From positions 1 through 24,714 of the forward strand of contig JAYUGC010000149.1 of NCBI GenBank assembly GCA_043767805.1: a stretch of 24,714 bases of DNA, in the 5' to 3' direction. A model generated the notes under the pieces. The model worked only from the letters and a program-made list of their open reading frames with translations. It ran no database searches and had not been told where the DNA came from. A program made the translations under genes and the position numbers. This document shows, piece by piece, positions 1-7,594 of the stretch (its first letter is position 1; every line of letters starts with the position of its first letter). Origin of the DNA: Pseudomonadota bacterium (GTDB lineage Bacteria > Bdellovibrionota > FAC87 > UBA2466).

Positions 1-2
1 TC

Positions 3-245
3 GCGGCTCTACGTCACGGCATCAAGACCATGCTTATCCCGCACAGGAACGCGAAGGATCTCGACGAGATTCCGAAGGAGCTTCGCAAGAAGATCAAGTT
101 CCACCTGACGAAGGATCTGCTCGATACGCTGAAGTTCGCGCTGGTGAACGATCCGGCGGAATGGGCCAAGCAGAAGAAGTCCGGCAAGGGCGGCGTCTCG
201 TCCCCCGGAGCTCGCTTGGCTAAGTCGGTCGAACAAGCAGCCTAG
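3..245 (+). CDS. lon: ATP-dependent Lon protease, C-terminal end (5' truncated by window)
   Basis: Frame is open from base 3: AALRHGIKTMLIPHRNAKDLDEIPKELRKKIKFHLTKDLLDTLKFAL matches the Lon C-terminal consensus (AA.R.GI..vliP..N..DL.eIP..v...l.f..v.....vL..AL). Confidence 0.85.
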   Translation, partial: AALRHGIKTMLIPHRNAKDLDEIPKELRKKIKFHLTKDLLDTLKFALVNDPAEWAKQKKSGKGGVSSPGARLAKSVEQAA

Positions 246-262
246 TTCCAAAATTATTCAAA

Positions 263-302
263 ATAGAAAAGCCCCCGTCCGGCTCTAAGCCAGACGGGGG
301 CT
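263..302 (-). terminator. Rho-independent terminator of the S41 protease gene, possibly bidirectional with lon
   Basis: Stem GCCCCCGTC(271-279)/GACGGGGGC(293-301) with inner GGCT/AGCC. On the minus strand the internal mismatch is a G-U pair and the stem is followed by TTTTCTATTTT. It lies between convergent stops at 245 and 316. Confidence 0.85.
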
Positions 303-315
303 GAAGTGAATCGCT

Positions 316-2163
316 CTAAGGCTTGGCCTTCGAAGCGACGATCTCTCTGAGAACCCGATCAAAGTAGTTCGCGTAGTTATTGCGAACGTCCGTGATGGTG
401 AGCTCGACCGGGAGATCGGGGCGCACGCCCACGTTCTCGACCTTCACATTGTTCATGCGAAGCATCAGGCTCTGGGTCAGCGAGAACTTGAACGAGTTCT
501 TCGTCTGGTGGCTGAACATACCGACGGAGCCACCGGCTCCAGCCGTGTTCACACCGACCAGCGTAACGCGCCCGTAGTCCTTTAAGACCGCGGGAGTCGC
601 ATCCGCCGCCGAGAAGTCGAGCTCGTTGATCATCATGTAAACGGGCTTGGTGAAGACGTACTTATTACCCGGATCGATTCCGAGCAGCGTCTTCGCCGTG
701 AACTTGAGTACGCCCGAGAGCTTCGGGTAATCCTCGGAGAGGAGCTTCACCACCATGCGATCCACGAGCTCGGTCACCAGCTCGCTCATCAGATAGAAAT
801 CGATGGGCGCGCTGAGATTGTCGCTGTGGGCGTAAGCGGTGACGACCTTATCCATCTCGTTTTTCAAGCGAGGGATGTACTTCGCTTTGAAGTCCGCGGG
901 GATTTTAAGTGTATCGTCTTCCGTACCGGCTTCGAGCAGAGCCAAGATTTCCGCGTAAGTGCGGATGAAGTCCTGGGTCGGCTTCACGGTGAACTTCATG
1001 TGCTTGGACATGTCGATACGGCCGGTCAGAGATTCCACGATGGCATCGCTGAACGAGACGTAACCGCCCGGGTTGTTCGTCTGGTCGATGATGAGCCATT
1101 GGGCCTCGTACTCCATCTGCTTGATGACGTAGCGAAGGGCGAACTGAGACAAGATGGGATTGCCCGCGACGTAGTCAGGAATGCGCAGGTAACCGATCGT
1201 CTTGCCTTCGTGCAGGAACGTCCCCGCGTACAGGCCGCTCGACGAAATGAGCGACTGCATCAAAGACGGCGCTTTGAAGAGATGGAAGGTCTTGGGAAGC
1301 ACGAAGAACGGCTTCTTGTGACCGATATCGATCTTCTGTCCTTTGGTGTCCTTGTCTTCCTTCTTGCCGAGGAGATCCGCAAGATCCGCGACCGGAGCTT
1401 GCAAAAGGATCAGCTTGTTTTGAAGGTTGATGAGGTTCGTGATGAAGGTCATCACCGGCTTCTCTTCAGCCGCGTAGTTCCATTCCGCCGGAGGAGGAGA
1501 CGTCGGGGTCAAGTCGACCAAAGGATAACCTTTGATCACCCAGGGAATCTCGCAACGAGCATTGCTACCATCGATGCGGCGGAAATCGAGAACCGCCTTG
1601 GGCTTCGCGCCTTGAGGAAGGTGCAAGCCGAGCTTCTCGGACCGGCTGGTCAAGACGCGGGTCAGGTAACCGCTATTGGAGCGCGTATTACCGAGGCCCC
1701 GCACTTCGGCGAAGCTCTGTCTGAGTGTATCGGGCGACGCGCCGTCCATGGTGAGGAGCTCGTCGCCGATATCGATCTGGCACGTCTTCGCTTTGGCGAG
1801 CGAAGCGGCCATGTAGTTCAGGATGGTCTTTCCTTCTACATAAGAGAACTGCAACGGCAACGACGCTTCGTAGCTGGAAGGCAGCTCGGAGTGCACGTGG
1901 GCATCCTTAAGCTCGCCCAACAGGCGCGCGGCGGTGAAGTAGAACTCCGACGTGTTCTTGGAGGCCAAGAGCTTCGTCGTGTAGGTAGCTTTGATCTTCG
2001 CCCAATCGAGACCGATCTGATTGGATTTATACTGCAGTGGGCCGTAATTCGTTTCAATGGTCTGAAACAAACTCTCGATTTCCACGGTATCGGTGACTGG
2101 TGTCGCTTTGACCACCGTCGATAAACAAACCCCCAAGAGAACGATAAATAAGCGAGCCGCCAT
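316..2163 (-). CDS. Secreted S41-family serine protease, CPAF-like (615 aa)
   Basis: ATG 2163 has an AGGGAGAG RBS and a signal peptide (MAARLFIVLLGVCLSTVVKA). Motifs: YGPLQYK..W, LKDAHV, a PDZ-like IGDELLTMDG, IGYLRIPDY, LIIDQTNNPGG, INELDFSAADATPAVLKD, VGVNTAGAGG and VENVGVRPD. Confidence 0.85.
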   Translation of the reverse strand: MAARLFIVLLGVCLSTVVKATPVTDTVEIESLFQTIETNYGPLQYKSNQIGLDWAKIKATYTTKLLASKNTSEFYFTAARLLGELKDAHVHSELPSSYEASLPLQFSYVEGKTILNYMAASLAKAKTCQIDIGDELLTMDGASPDTLRQSFAEVRGLGNTRSNSGYLTRVLTSRSEKLGLHLPQGAKPKAVLDFRRIDGSNARCEIPWVIKGYPLVDLTPTSPPPAEWNYAAEEKPVMTFITNLINLQNKLILLQAPVADLADLLGKKEDKDTKGQKIDIGHKKPFFVLPKTFHLFKAPSLMQSLISSSGLYAGTFLHEGKTIGYLRIPDYVAGNPILSQFALRYVIKQMEYEAQWLIIDQTNNPGGYVSFSDAIVESLTGRIDMSKHMKFTVKPTQDFIRTYAEILALLEAGTEDDTLKIPADFKAKYIPRLKNEMDKVVTAYAHSDNLSAPIDFYLMSELVTELVDRMVVKLLSEDYPKLSGVLKFTAKTLLGIDPGNKYVFTKPVYMMINELDFSAADATPAVLKDYGRVTLVGVNTAGAGGSVGMFSHQTKNSFKFSLTQSLMLRMNNVKVENVGVRPDLPVELTITDVRNNYANYFDRVLREIVASKAKP

Positions 2164-2208
2164 ACGAATTCTCTCCCTTGATGTGCCTAGATTTAAAACC
2201 TGTGCCTC

Positions 2209-2238
2209 ACTTTTTGCGATTGGCTCGATCATTGTCAA
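2209..2238 (-). promoter_or_regulatory. Candidate sigma70 promoter of the S41 protease
   Basis: Perfect TTGACA (2238-2233), 18-nt spacer, weak -10 AAAAGT (2214-2209). Confidence 0.35.
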
Positions 2239-2366
2239 GGCACTGAGCCCCGCCAATCGTCGACAAGGGCGTCATAAAAACTACACGCCCGGCTGTAATC
2301 TTCGATTGACGGTGCCCCCATCCCTTACGCGATACTTCGCACACAGGGGCAATTGGGGGCACACAC

Positions 2367-3005
2367 ATGAAATCCATTCTTACGTTAGTGGTTTTTGGTC
2401 TTGTGGCGGGAACGGCGCAAGCGGCGACGAGCTACGATTATCGCAACGATGCGAAAAAGATCGAGCGCGCCATCGATCAAGGCGATCTGGCCGGTCAGAC
2501 GGAGATAGCGCTGGATAACCTCATCGCGACCGGCGTCCGCGCCTTGCGCGCCGACGGCAAAAACAAAGAAGCCGATCGCATCGAGCTCGAATGGAAGCTG
2601 CACTTCCAAAATACGTTCGCCGCCACCTGGGATCTCGGCGACCACGCCCCGATCTTTCCCTGGCTGGAGAAGGTTTACAAAGACCTCGAGAAGTTTCTCG
2701 GCGAAGGCATGATGCGAAGCTGGAGCCTCTACGATCTTCACGTTCTCAATCTCGCCCTTCCCGTGGTGTTCAATCCCATGGGCAAGGATTGGGATCGGGC
2801 TGAGTACAGAAAGCACTTCGTTCCCTTGGCCGGCGTCATTACTTTCTGGGGCGTTTACTACGGATGCCGGTACGTCATTCCGTGGCAGATGCTCGCGCGT
2901 ATCTGCAGCCCGGCGGCCGGAGCGGCTCGGTGGTGGATGGAATCGAGCGCGGGCTTCCGCCTCGCCGATCGCGTCTACAGCCAGTTCGTCACGGCGACTC
3001 TCTGA
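2367..3005 (+). CDS. Secreted hypothetical protein (212 aa)
   Basis: Signal peptide MKSILTLVVFGLVAGTAQA, GGGGG RBS-like sequence upstream, host-like codon usage. Mostly helical, with a hydrophobic two-Cys C-terminal segment. Confidence 0.8.
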   Translation: MKSILTLVVFGLVAGTAQAATSYDYRNDAKKIERAIDQGDLAGQTEIALDNLIATGVRALRADGKNKEADRIELEWKLHFQNTFAATWDLGDHAPIFPWLEKVYKDLEKFLGEGMMRSWSLYDLHVLNLALPVVFNPMGKDWDRAEYRKHFVPLAGVITFWGVYYGCRYVIPWQMLARICSPAAGAARWWMESSAGFRLADRVYSQFVTATL

Positions 3006-3007
3006 GA

Positions 3008-3127
3008 CTAGTTAGCAGAGAGCAGATTCAAACGATAGCCAAGGACTAGGCCGACGAAGCTCAAGCCCAACGCCGGTTTGGCTCGCCAAATTTCAGCGAG
3101 GTAATCCGCCGTGACCTTGAGGGCCAT
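3008..3127 (-). CDS. Possible small hydrophobic protein (39 aa from ATG 3127; ORF open to 3307)
   Basis: GGGGAAG upstream of ATG 3127. MALKVTADYLAEIWRAKPALGLSFVGLVLGYRLNLLSAN has one TM-like segment and fills the gap convergent with the 2367-3005 gene. Confidence 0.3.
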   Translation of the reverse strand: MALKVTADYLAEIWRAKPALGLSFVGLVLGYRLNLLSAN

Positions 3128-3337
3128 GTCGGCTTCCCCATAGAAAGCTTCATCCAAAATAAATTGAGCGAACTCGAAGTGTTTTCTGCCCGAAGCTGGC
3201 TCTCGCGCGGCGGGCGGGCCCCCGCAGATACCGCGCCAGCCGCGACGAAAAGTTACTACTATTTGAGCGTCGCATGAGACGGGGGCGATCTTCCTCCGAG
3301 CGCCCAAGACTCCTGATCGATTGTTAAAAGCCCGACT

Positions 3338-4057
3338 TCAAGTCGAGCCACGAAGCGGAGTGCGAAAAAGCGTCCAGCCACGCACCTCTTTGACTCCGGC
3401 TCGCTCGAGCGCTTTGGCGCAGGCAAACAGCGTACTTCCCGTAGTCCAAACGTCATCGATTAGAACCACACGCTCTGGTACGGGCACGCTGTCGCGCCAG
3501 CGAAACGCTTTGGTTAGATTGCGATGCCGCTCCTTTTTGGAAAGCCCCGATTGCGCCTCGGTCTCCCGGATCTTTTCCAGTCCATGACCGAGATAATTCG
3601 CGCCGTGATTTTCGGCAAAGCGCCTTCCCAGAAAGGCCGCCTGGTTGAAACCTCTCTCCCAAAGGCGCCCGGCCGCGAGCGGAACGGGAACTATGGCGTG
3701 GTCGGAAAAGTCGCGCGCCTCGGGCCAGCGGAAATAGCTCTCGAAAACTTCCAGCCAACTAAAGCGACCCGAAAACTTGATCTGGTGCAAGACATCCCGG
3801 GCGGAACCGTGAAACCAAAGCCGCGAGCGCGCTTCTTCCAAGGGGTTACCCGCGCAGTTTCCGCATCGCTCGATGCTTTGAGAAACCGATGCCCCGCATT
3901 TTCCGCACCAGGGCGGGTCGACCGCCCACCACCTCGCGCAGGCGCCGCAAACCGGATCTCGGTCGACCAGCACGCCGCAAACCAGACAATCCGGGGCGAA
4001 CCAAGCCCTTAGCGATTCGTCTAAAACCCAAAGAGCCGCTCGTGAGAGTCGGGACAT
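3338..4057 (-). CDS. comF: ComF family protein (double zinc ribbon + phosphoribosyltransferase)
   Basis: Four CxxC pairs (CLVC, CGAC, CGKC, CGNC), VPVPL..RLWERGFNQA, Q..L...ER..NL..AF, and PRT loop VLIDDVWTTGST. Start ATG 4057 chosen; TTG 4069 is an alternative. Confidence 0.92.
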   Translation of the reverse strand: MSRLSRAALWVLDESLRAWFAPDCLVCGVLVDRDPVCGACARWWAVDPPWCGKCGASVSQSIERCGNCAGNPLEEARSRLWFHGSARDVLHQIKFSGRFSWLEVFESYFRWPEARDFSDHAIVPVPLAAGRLWERGFNQAAFLGRRFAENHGANYLGHGLEKIRETEAQSGLSKKERHRNLTKAFRWRDSVPVPERVVLIDDVWTTGSTLFACAKALERAGVKEVRGWTLFRTPLRGST

Positions 4058-5547
4058 CGCAAACTCCAAGCCTCTCTCAAGTGGTCGAGGCGAATGAGGG
4101 GCGCTTCCTCCAAGTCCGCCAAAGTGCGCGCGACTCGAAGCGTACGAAAGGCCGACCGAAAACTCACACCTTCAGTCGCCAGCAGTCCTTCGAACCAAGC
4201 GCGCTCGTTGCCGGCGAGCTCGAACGCGCCGGTTTTAAGATCTTGAGCCGTGTCGCCGTTGCGAAGGCCAATGCCCTCGTCGGTAAATCTGGCGGCCTGG
4301 ATTTCCGCCGCTCGCTTTACGGTGGCCGCGACCTCTCCATGGGTAAGCCCTTCGGCGACCGTGGCCTTCTCGCCCGCGCCCACCACGATGCAGAGATCGA
4401 ACCTATCTAGAATGGGACCGGACAAACGCCGGCGGTACGTCTGAAGTTTCTCCGTTGAGCAACGGCACCTGCCTCGAGAGCCCAGGGAATGACCGCAAGG
4501 GCAAGGGTTCATGGCGGCGATCAAAGTAAATCGCGCGGGCAGAGTAATGGCGTGGCCTATCCTGTGAAGATGAATCTTTCCGTTCTGTAAAGGCTCTCTC
4601 AACCCTTCGATCGCTTCCTTACGAAACTCGGGAAATTCGTCGAGAAAGAGCACGCCCCCGTGAGCGAGAGTCACCTCTCCGGGAACAACCACGCCGGAAC
4701 CTCCTCCTAATAGAGCGGAAGCGGAAATGGTGTGATGAGGCGAACGAAAGGGCGCCCTGCCCCACGCCGGTTTTTCGGCCGGGGCATGCACGTAACTTTT
4801 AAGGACCTCTAGCCAGGAGGATGAGGAGAGTGGAGGAAGAAGTGAGGGCGCGACTTGGGCGATCAGGGTCTTACCGACGCCGGGCGAGCCCACCATTAGT
4901 AGGTGATGCCTGCCCGCGAGAGCGACCTGCAAAGCCCGTTTCGCCAGGGCATTTCCCAAGACTTTATCGAGATCGCGCGAAAGCAACGATCGGGGTGGCG
5001 CCGGCGGATCCCCATCCCCCGGGGAGAGCGGGTGCGTACCGCGCAAGAAATCGAGAACTTCACCTAAATCGCTCGCGACCCGGATTTTAGCGGAAGCGAG
5101 GAGCCCCACCTCGGCCGCGTTCTCTTTCGGTACGATGACCCAATCGATGTCATCGCGCGCCACCAGGCACTGCGCGAGAGCGAGAATCCCCGAGACGAAA
5201 CGGATACGCCCGTCGAGAGTGAGCTCGCCCAGAAAGCCGTAACGCGAAAGTGAGATACCTCTCAGACAAGATTCCGCGCCAAGGACGCTCATGGCCATGG
5301 CCAAGTCGAAGTGACTTCCTTGTTTGGGGGCGTGAGCCGGTAGGAGATGGAGCAGCGTTCGCCCCGTGGGCACGTCGAAGCCGAGACTGGAAAGAGCAAC
5401 TCGCACCCGTTCCTTACTCTCTCTTACAACGGAACCGGGAAGCCCTGTAACGACGATACAAGGGTTGGCGTTTTGGGTTGCGGCTTCGACTTCAATGACG
5501 ATGCCATCCACCCCGACGTGGGTGGCGGCGAAAGTTTTGGCGACCAT
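4021..5547 (-). CDS. comM: YifB/ComM Mg-chelatase-like AAA+ ATPase
   Basis: Lon-like N-domain GLPGSVVRESKERVR and K.GSHFDLAMA, Walker A GSPGVGKT, PFRSPHHTIS, GEVTLAHGGVLFLDEFPEF, AMNPCPCG, RLSGPILDRFD. Confidence 0.95.
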   Translation of the reverse strand: MVAKTFAATHVGVDGIVIEVEAATQNANPCIVVTGLPGSVVRESKERVRVALSSLGFDVPTGRTLLHLLPAHAPKQGSHFDLAMAMSVLGAESCLRGISLSRYGFLGELTLDGRIRFVSGILALAQCLVARDDIDWVIVPKENAAEVGLLASAKIRVASDLGEVLDFLRGTHPLSPGDGDPPAPPRSLLSRDLDKVLGNALAKRALQVALAGRHHLLMVGSPGVGKTLIAQVAPSLLPPLSSSSWLEVLKSYVHAPAEKPAWGRAPFRSPHHTISASALLGGGSGVVVPGEVTLAHGGVLFLDEFPEFRKEAIEGLREPLQNGKIHLHRIGHAITLPARFTLIAAMNPCPCGHSLGSRGRCRCSTEKLQTYRRRLSGPILDRFDLCIVVGAGEKATVAEGLTHGEVAATVKRAAEIQAARFTDEGIGLRNGDTAQDLKTGAFELAGNERAWFEGLLATEGVSFRSAFRTLRVARTLADLEEAPLIRLDHLREAWSLRCPDSHERLFGF

Positions 5548-5555
5548 GCCTCGTA

Positions 5556-5571
5556 AGCAGAAGGCATGCCA
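5556..5571 (-). promoter_or_regulatory. Sigma54 (-24/-12) promoter of comM-comF
   Basis: Minus strand TGGCATGCCTTCTGCT against consensus TGGCACG-N4-TTGC(A/T), with exact GG-N10-GC spacing. It lies 8 nt upstream of the ATG at 5547. Confidence 0.65.
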
Positions 5572-5624
5572 CTAACACGGGCTTGGACCGGAAAGAGAAA
5601 GACTTGAAACCGGTCTCCCGGGAC

Positions 5625-6395
5625 TCAAAGGAAAACGTGCTGGCGTTTTCTCAGCTCAACGTGCAGCGCGCGCTGAAGCTGATGCCGGATTTGGCGGGCT
5701 GTGCGGTTCACGTACTCGACGTCTTTGGCCTTCTCGGGATCCTTGCCGAGATGGATGGGCTCCAGAAACTTAATCGTCCACTTCGCGGGAAGCGGAATGA
5801 TGTTGAGCGGCACTGGAATGATGATGCCGAGAAGCTCTTTCGCCCAGCGGATCTGAGAGAGGGTGATGTGGGTCTCTTCCGCGCCAATCACGAGCGAAGG
5901 CACGATAGGCGCGCCGGTAAGAAGGGCGAGCCGGACGAAGCCGCGCCGAAAGCGGCGGAGCTTGTAGCTTTGAGAGGACGGTTTGAAGTTACCCTCCTCG
6001 CCTTCCGGGAAAAGAAGCAGAAGCTCGTCTTTGTCCAAGATCTGCTTTCCGTTTTCTAGCGTCGCCGGGATCGCGCCCATTTTGTAGGCGTGGACGGAAA
6101 TCTCAGGGCGTAGGAACCAGAGTTTGTGAGCAATGATTCTCGGTAGGCGCTTTACGTGCAGGCGGATCTGATGACCGAGCATGAGAGCGTCGAAGCCCAT
6201 GTAGCCGCTGTGATTGGCGATGACGATGCAGCGGCCTACGGACGGGATGTGGCGGATGCCTTCGGTCTCGACCCGAAGGTACTTCGTGATGATCTCAAGC
6301 AGGAAGTGAGGCAGGACGCGGTACGCGACTTCCTCTTTGCTCACACCTGAGGCTTTCAACGCTTTGTCGAGCGCGGCCCCGAAGAAGGAAAACAT
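5625..6395 (-). CDS. Lysophospholipid/PlsC-family acyltransferase
   Basis: NHSGYMGFD (HX4D), FPEG, RRGFVRLALLTGAPIVP..GAEE. GAGGT RBS. Confidence 0.9.
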   Translation of the reverse strand: MFSFFGAALDKALKASGVSKEEVAYRVLPHFLLEIITKYLRVETEGIRHIPSVGRCIVIANHSGYMGFDALMLGHQIRLHVKRLPRIIAHKLWFLRPEISVHAYKMGAIPATLENGKQILDKDELLLLFPEGEEGNFKPSSQSYKLRRFRRGFVRLALLTGAPIVPSLVIGAEETHITLSQIRWAKELLGIIIPVPLNIIPLPAKWTIKFLEPIHLGKDPEKAKDVEYVNRTARQIRHQLQRALHVELRKRQHVFL

Positions 6396-6432
6396 GGCGG
6401 ATTAATACCTCAGTGCACAGAGGAAAGGAAGT

Positions 6433-7554
6433 TTAGGCAGCGCTACGGTTTGGGGCGAGCCACACGCGTATCATCTGGTTACGTTTTAATCGGATGAGGG
6501 ATTCGAGAATGGTCACGTCGGGAAGCGGATTATAGTCGAGTACCCGCGCGACGTTGCCGAACTCCACGATGCTTGAAAGCGTCGAGAAATCGTCGGGCGG
6601 TAGCTTTACCCCGCTATGAAGCGCGTTTGGCTCTAGCTCGAGCTTCAGCTCACCGGGCGGCAATTCCCGCCGGATCTGATTGAAGCGCGCTCTCAAGGCC
6701 TGGCCTTCCGAGCGGATGTACTTCATGCCGACGTTCAGGTGCTCTTCGAACTCGAGATCGTCGGGGTTCATTTTCGAAAAGACGAACTTGGGCGTATCCC
6801 AGAGGAACATGCGGTAGATGGCTTTAAGCCCGCGCACCTGCCCGGTCTGAGCGCCGACGATTTTCCCTTGAAGGAACTCGACCCGGCCCTCTTGATTGGG
6901 CAGCGGGCCGCGCACCGAGAGTAAGCCCGTGCGCTCGAGATCGTGCACGGTGACCAAGGCGTCTTCGAACTCCTGCTCTTTGTAGAACGGGATTTTAGAT
7001 TGCGCGCTTCCGCCGAAGGCATCCGGCTTCGCCTGAAACTCGTTGCCCGTCACGCCGTGCTCGATTTTGCTGATGGCGGCCTTCATCTCGTCGATCAGCG
7101 TTTTACTGGGAGCGCCGCTTTCTTCCTGAAGCAAAGTCGTCTTCATGCTTTGGAGAACTTGTTCCGTTTCGTGCTGGAGGTCAGCGGCGGCGGCGATTTT
7201 ACGAACTTCCACTTCGACGGATTTGTCTTCGGCGCGCGCGTTTTCAAAAGTGCGGTAAATCCGATGCTCGAGAGCAAAATGGAGATCTTCCTTCGTGAAA
7301 CCGCGCCCATACCAAACTATAAAGCACCGGCGGTTGGCCTCACGAATGGCGTGAATCCACTTTTTGCTGTCGGGCGTGTTCTCGACGAAGGCGATGGGCA
7401 CGTGGCTACCGGAGCTGGCCGTGCGGCAAAAGGTTTCGACCGAAGGCTCCGCGGTCACTTCGACTAGATTCGCCGCGCGCAGGGCGCTTAAGAATTGCGA
7501 TGCCCAAGCACTCACTTCTCCGACGCTATAAATGCGGCAGCAGGGAACCATCAT
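6433..7554 (-). CDS. DUF4388 (PATAN-like) domain protein with N-terminal receiver-like region
   Basis: FEDALVTVHDLERTGLLSVRG...EGRVEFLQGKIVGAQTGQVRGLKAIYRMFLWDTPKFVF is the DUF4388 pattern. C-terminal wHTH-like ...ILESLIRLKRNQMI. GGAGG RBS at 7566-7562. Confidence 0.75.
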   Translation of the reverse strand: MMVPCCRIYSVGEVSAWASQFLSALRAANLVEVTAEPSVETFCRTASSGSHVPIAFVENTPDSKKWIHAIREANRRCFIVWYGRGFTKEDLHFALEHRIYRTFENARAEDKSVEVEVRKIAAAADLQHETEQVLQSMKTTLLQEESGAPSKTLIDEMKAAISKIEHGVTGNEFQAKPDAFGGSAQSKIPFYKEQEFEDALVTVHDLERTGLLSVRGPLPNQEGRVEFLQGKIVGAQTGQVRGLKAIYRMFLWDTPKFVFSKMNPDDLEFEEHLNVGMKYIRSEGQALRARFNQIRRELPPGELKLELEPNALHSGVKLPPDDFSTLSSIVEFGNVARVLDYNPLPDVTILESLIRLKRNQMIRVWLAPNRSAA

Positions 7555-7594
7555 GGCGGGGCCTCCGGAATTTCCTGGGGGAATGTGGCGCGGC

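Noticed and set aside
826..2124. 432-aa plus-strand ORF
   Set aside because: Antisense shadow of the S41 protease produced by GC-biased codon usage; no motifs.
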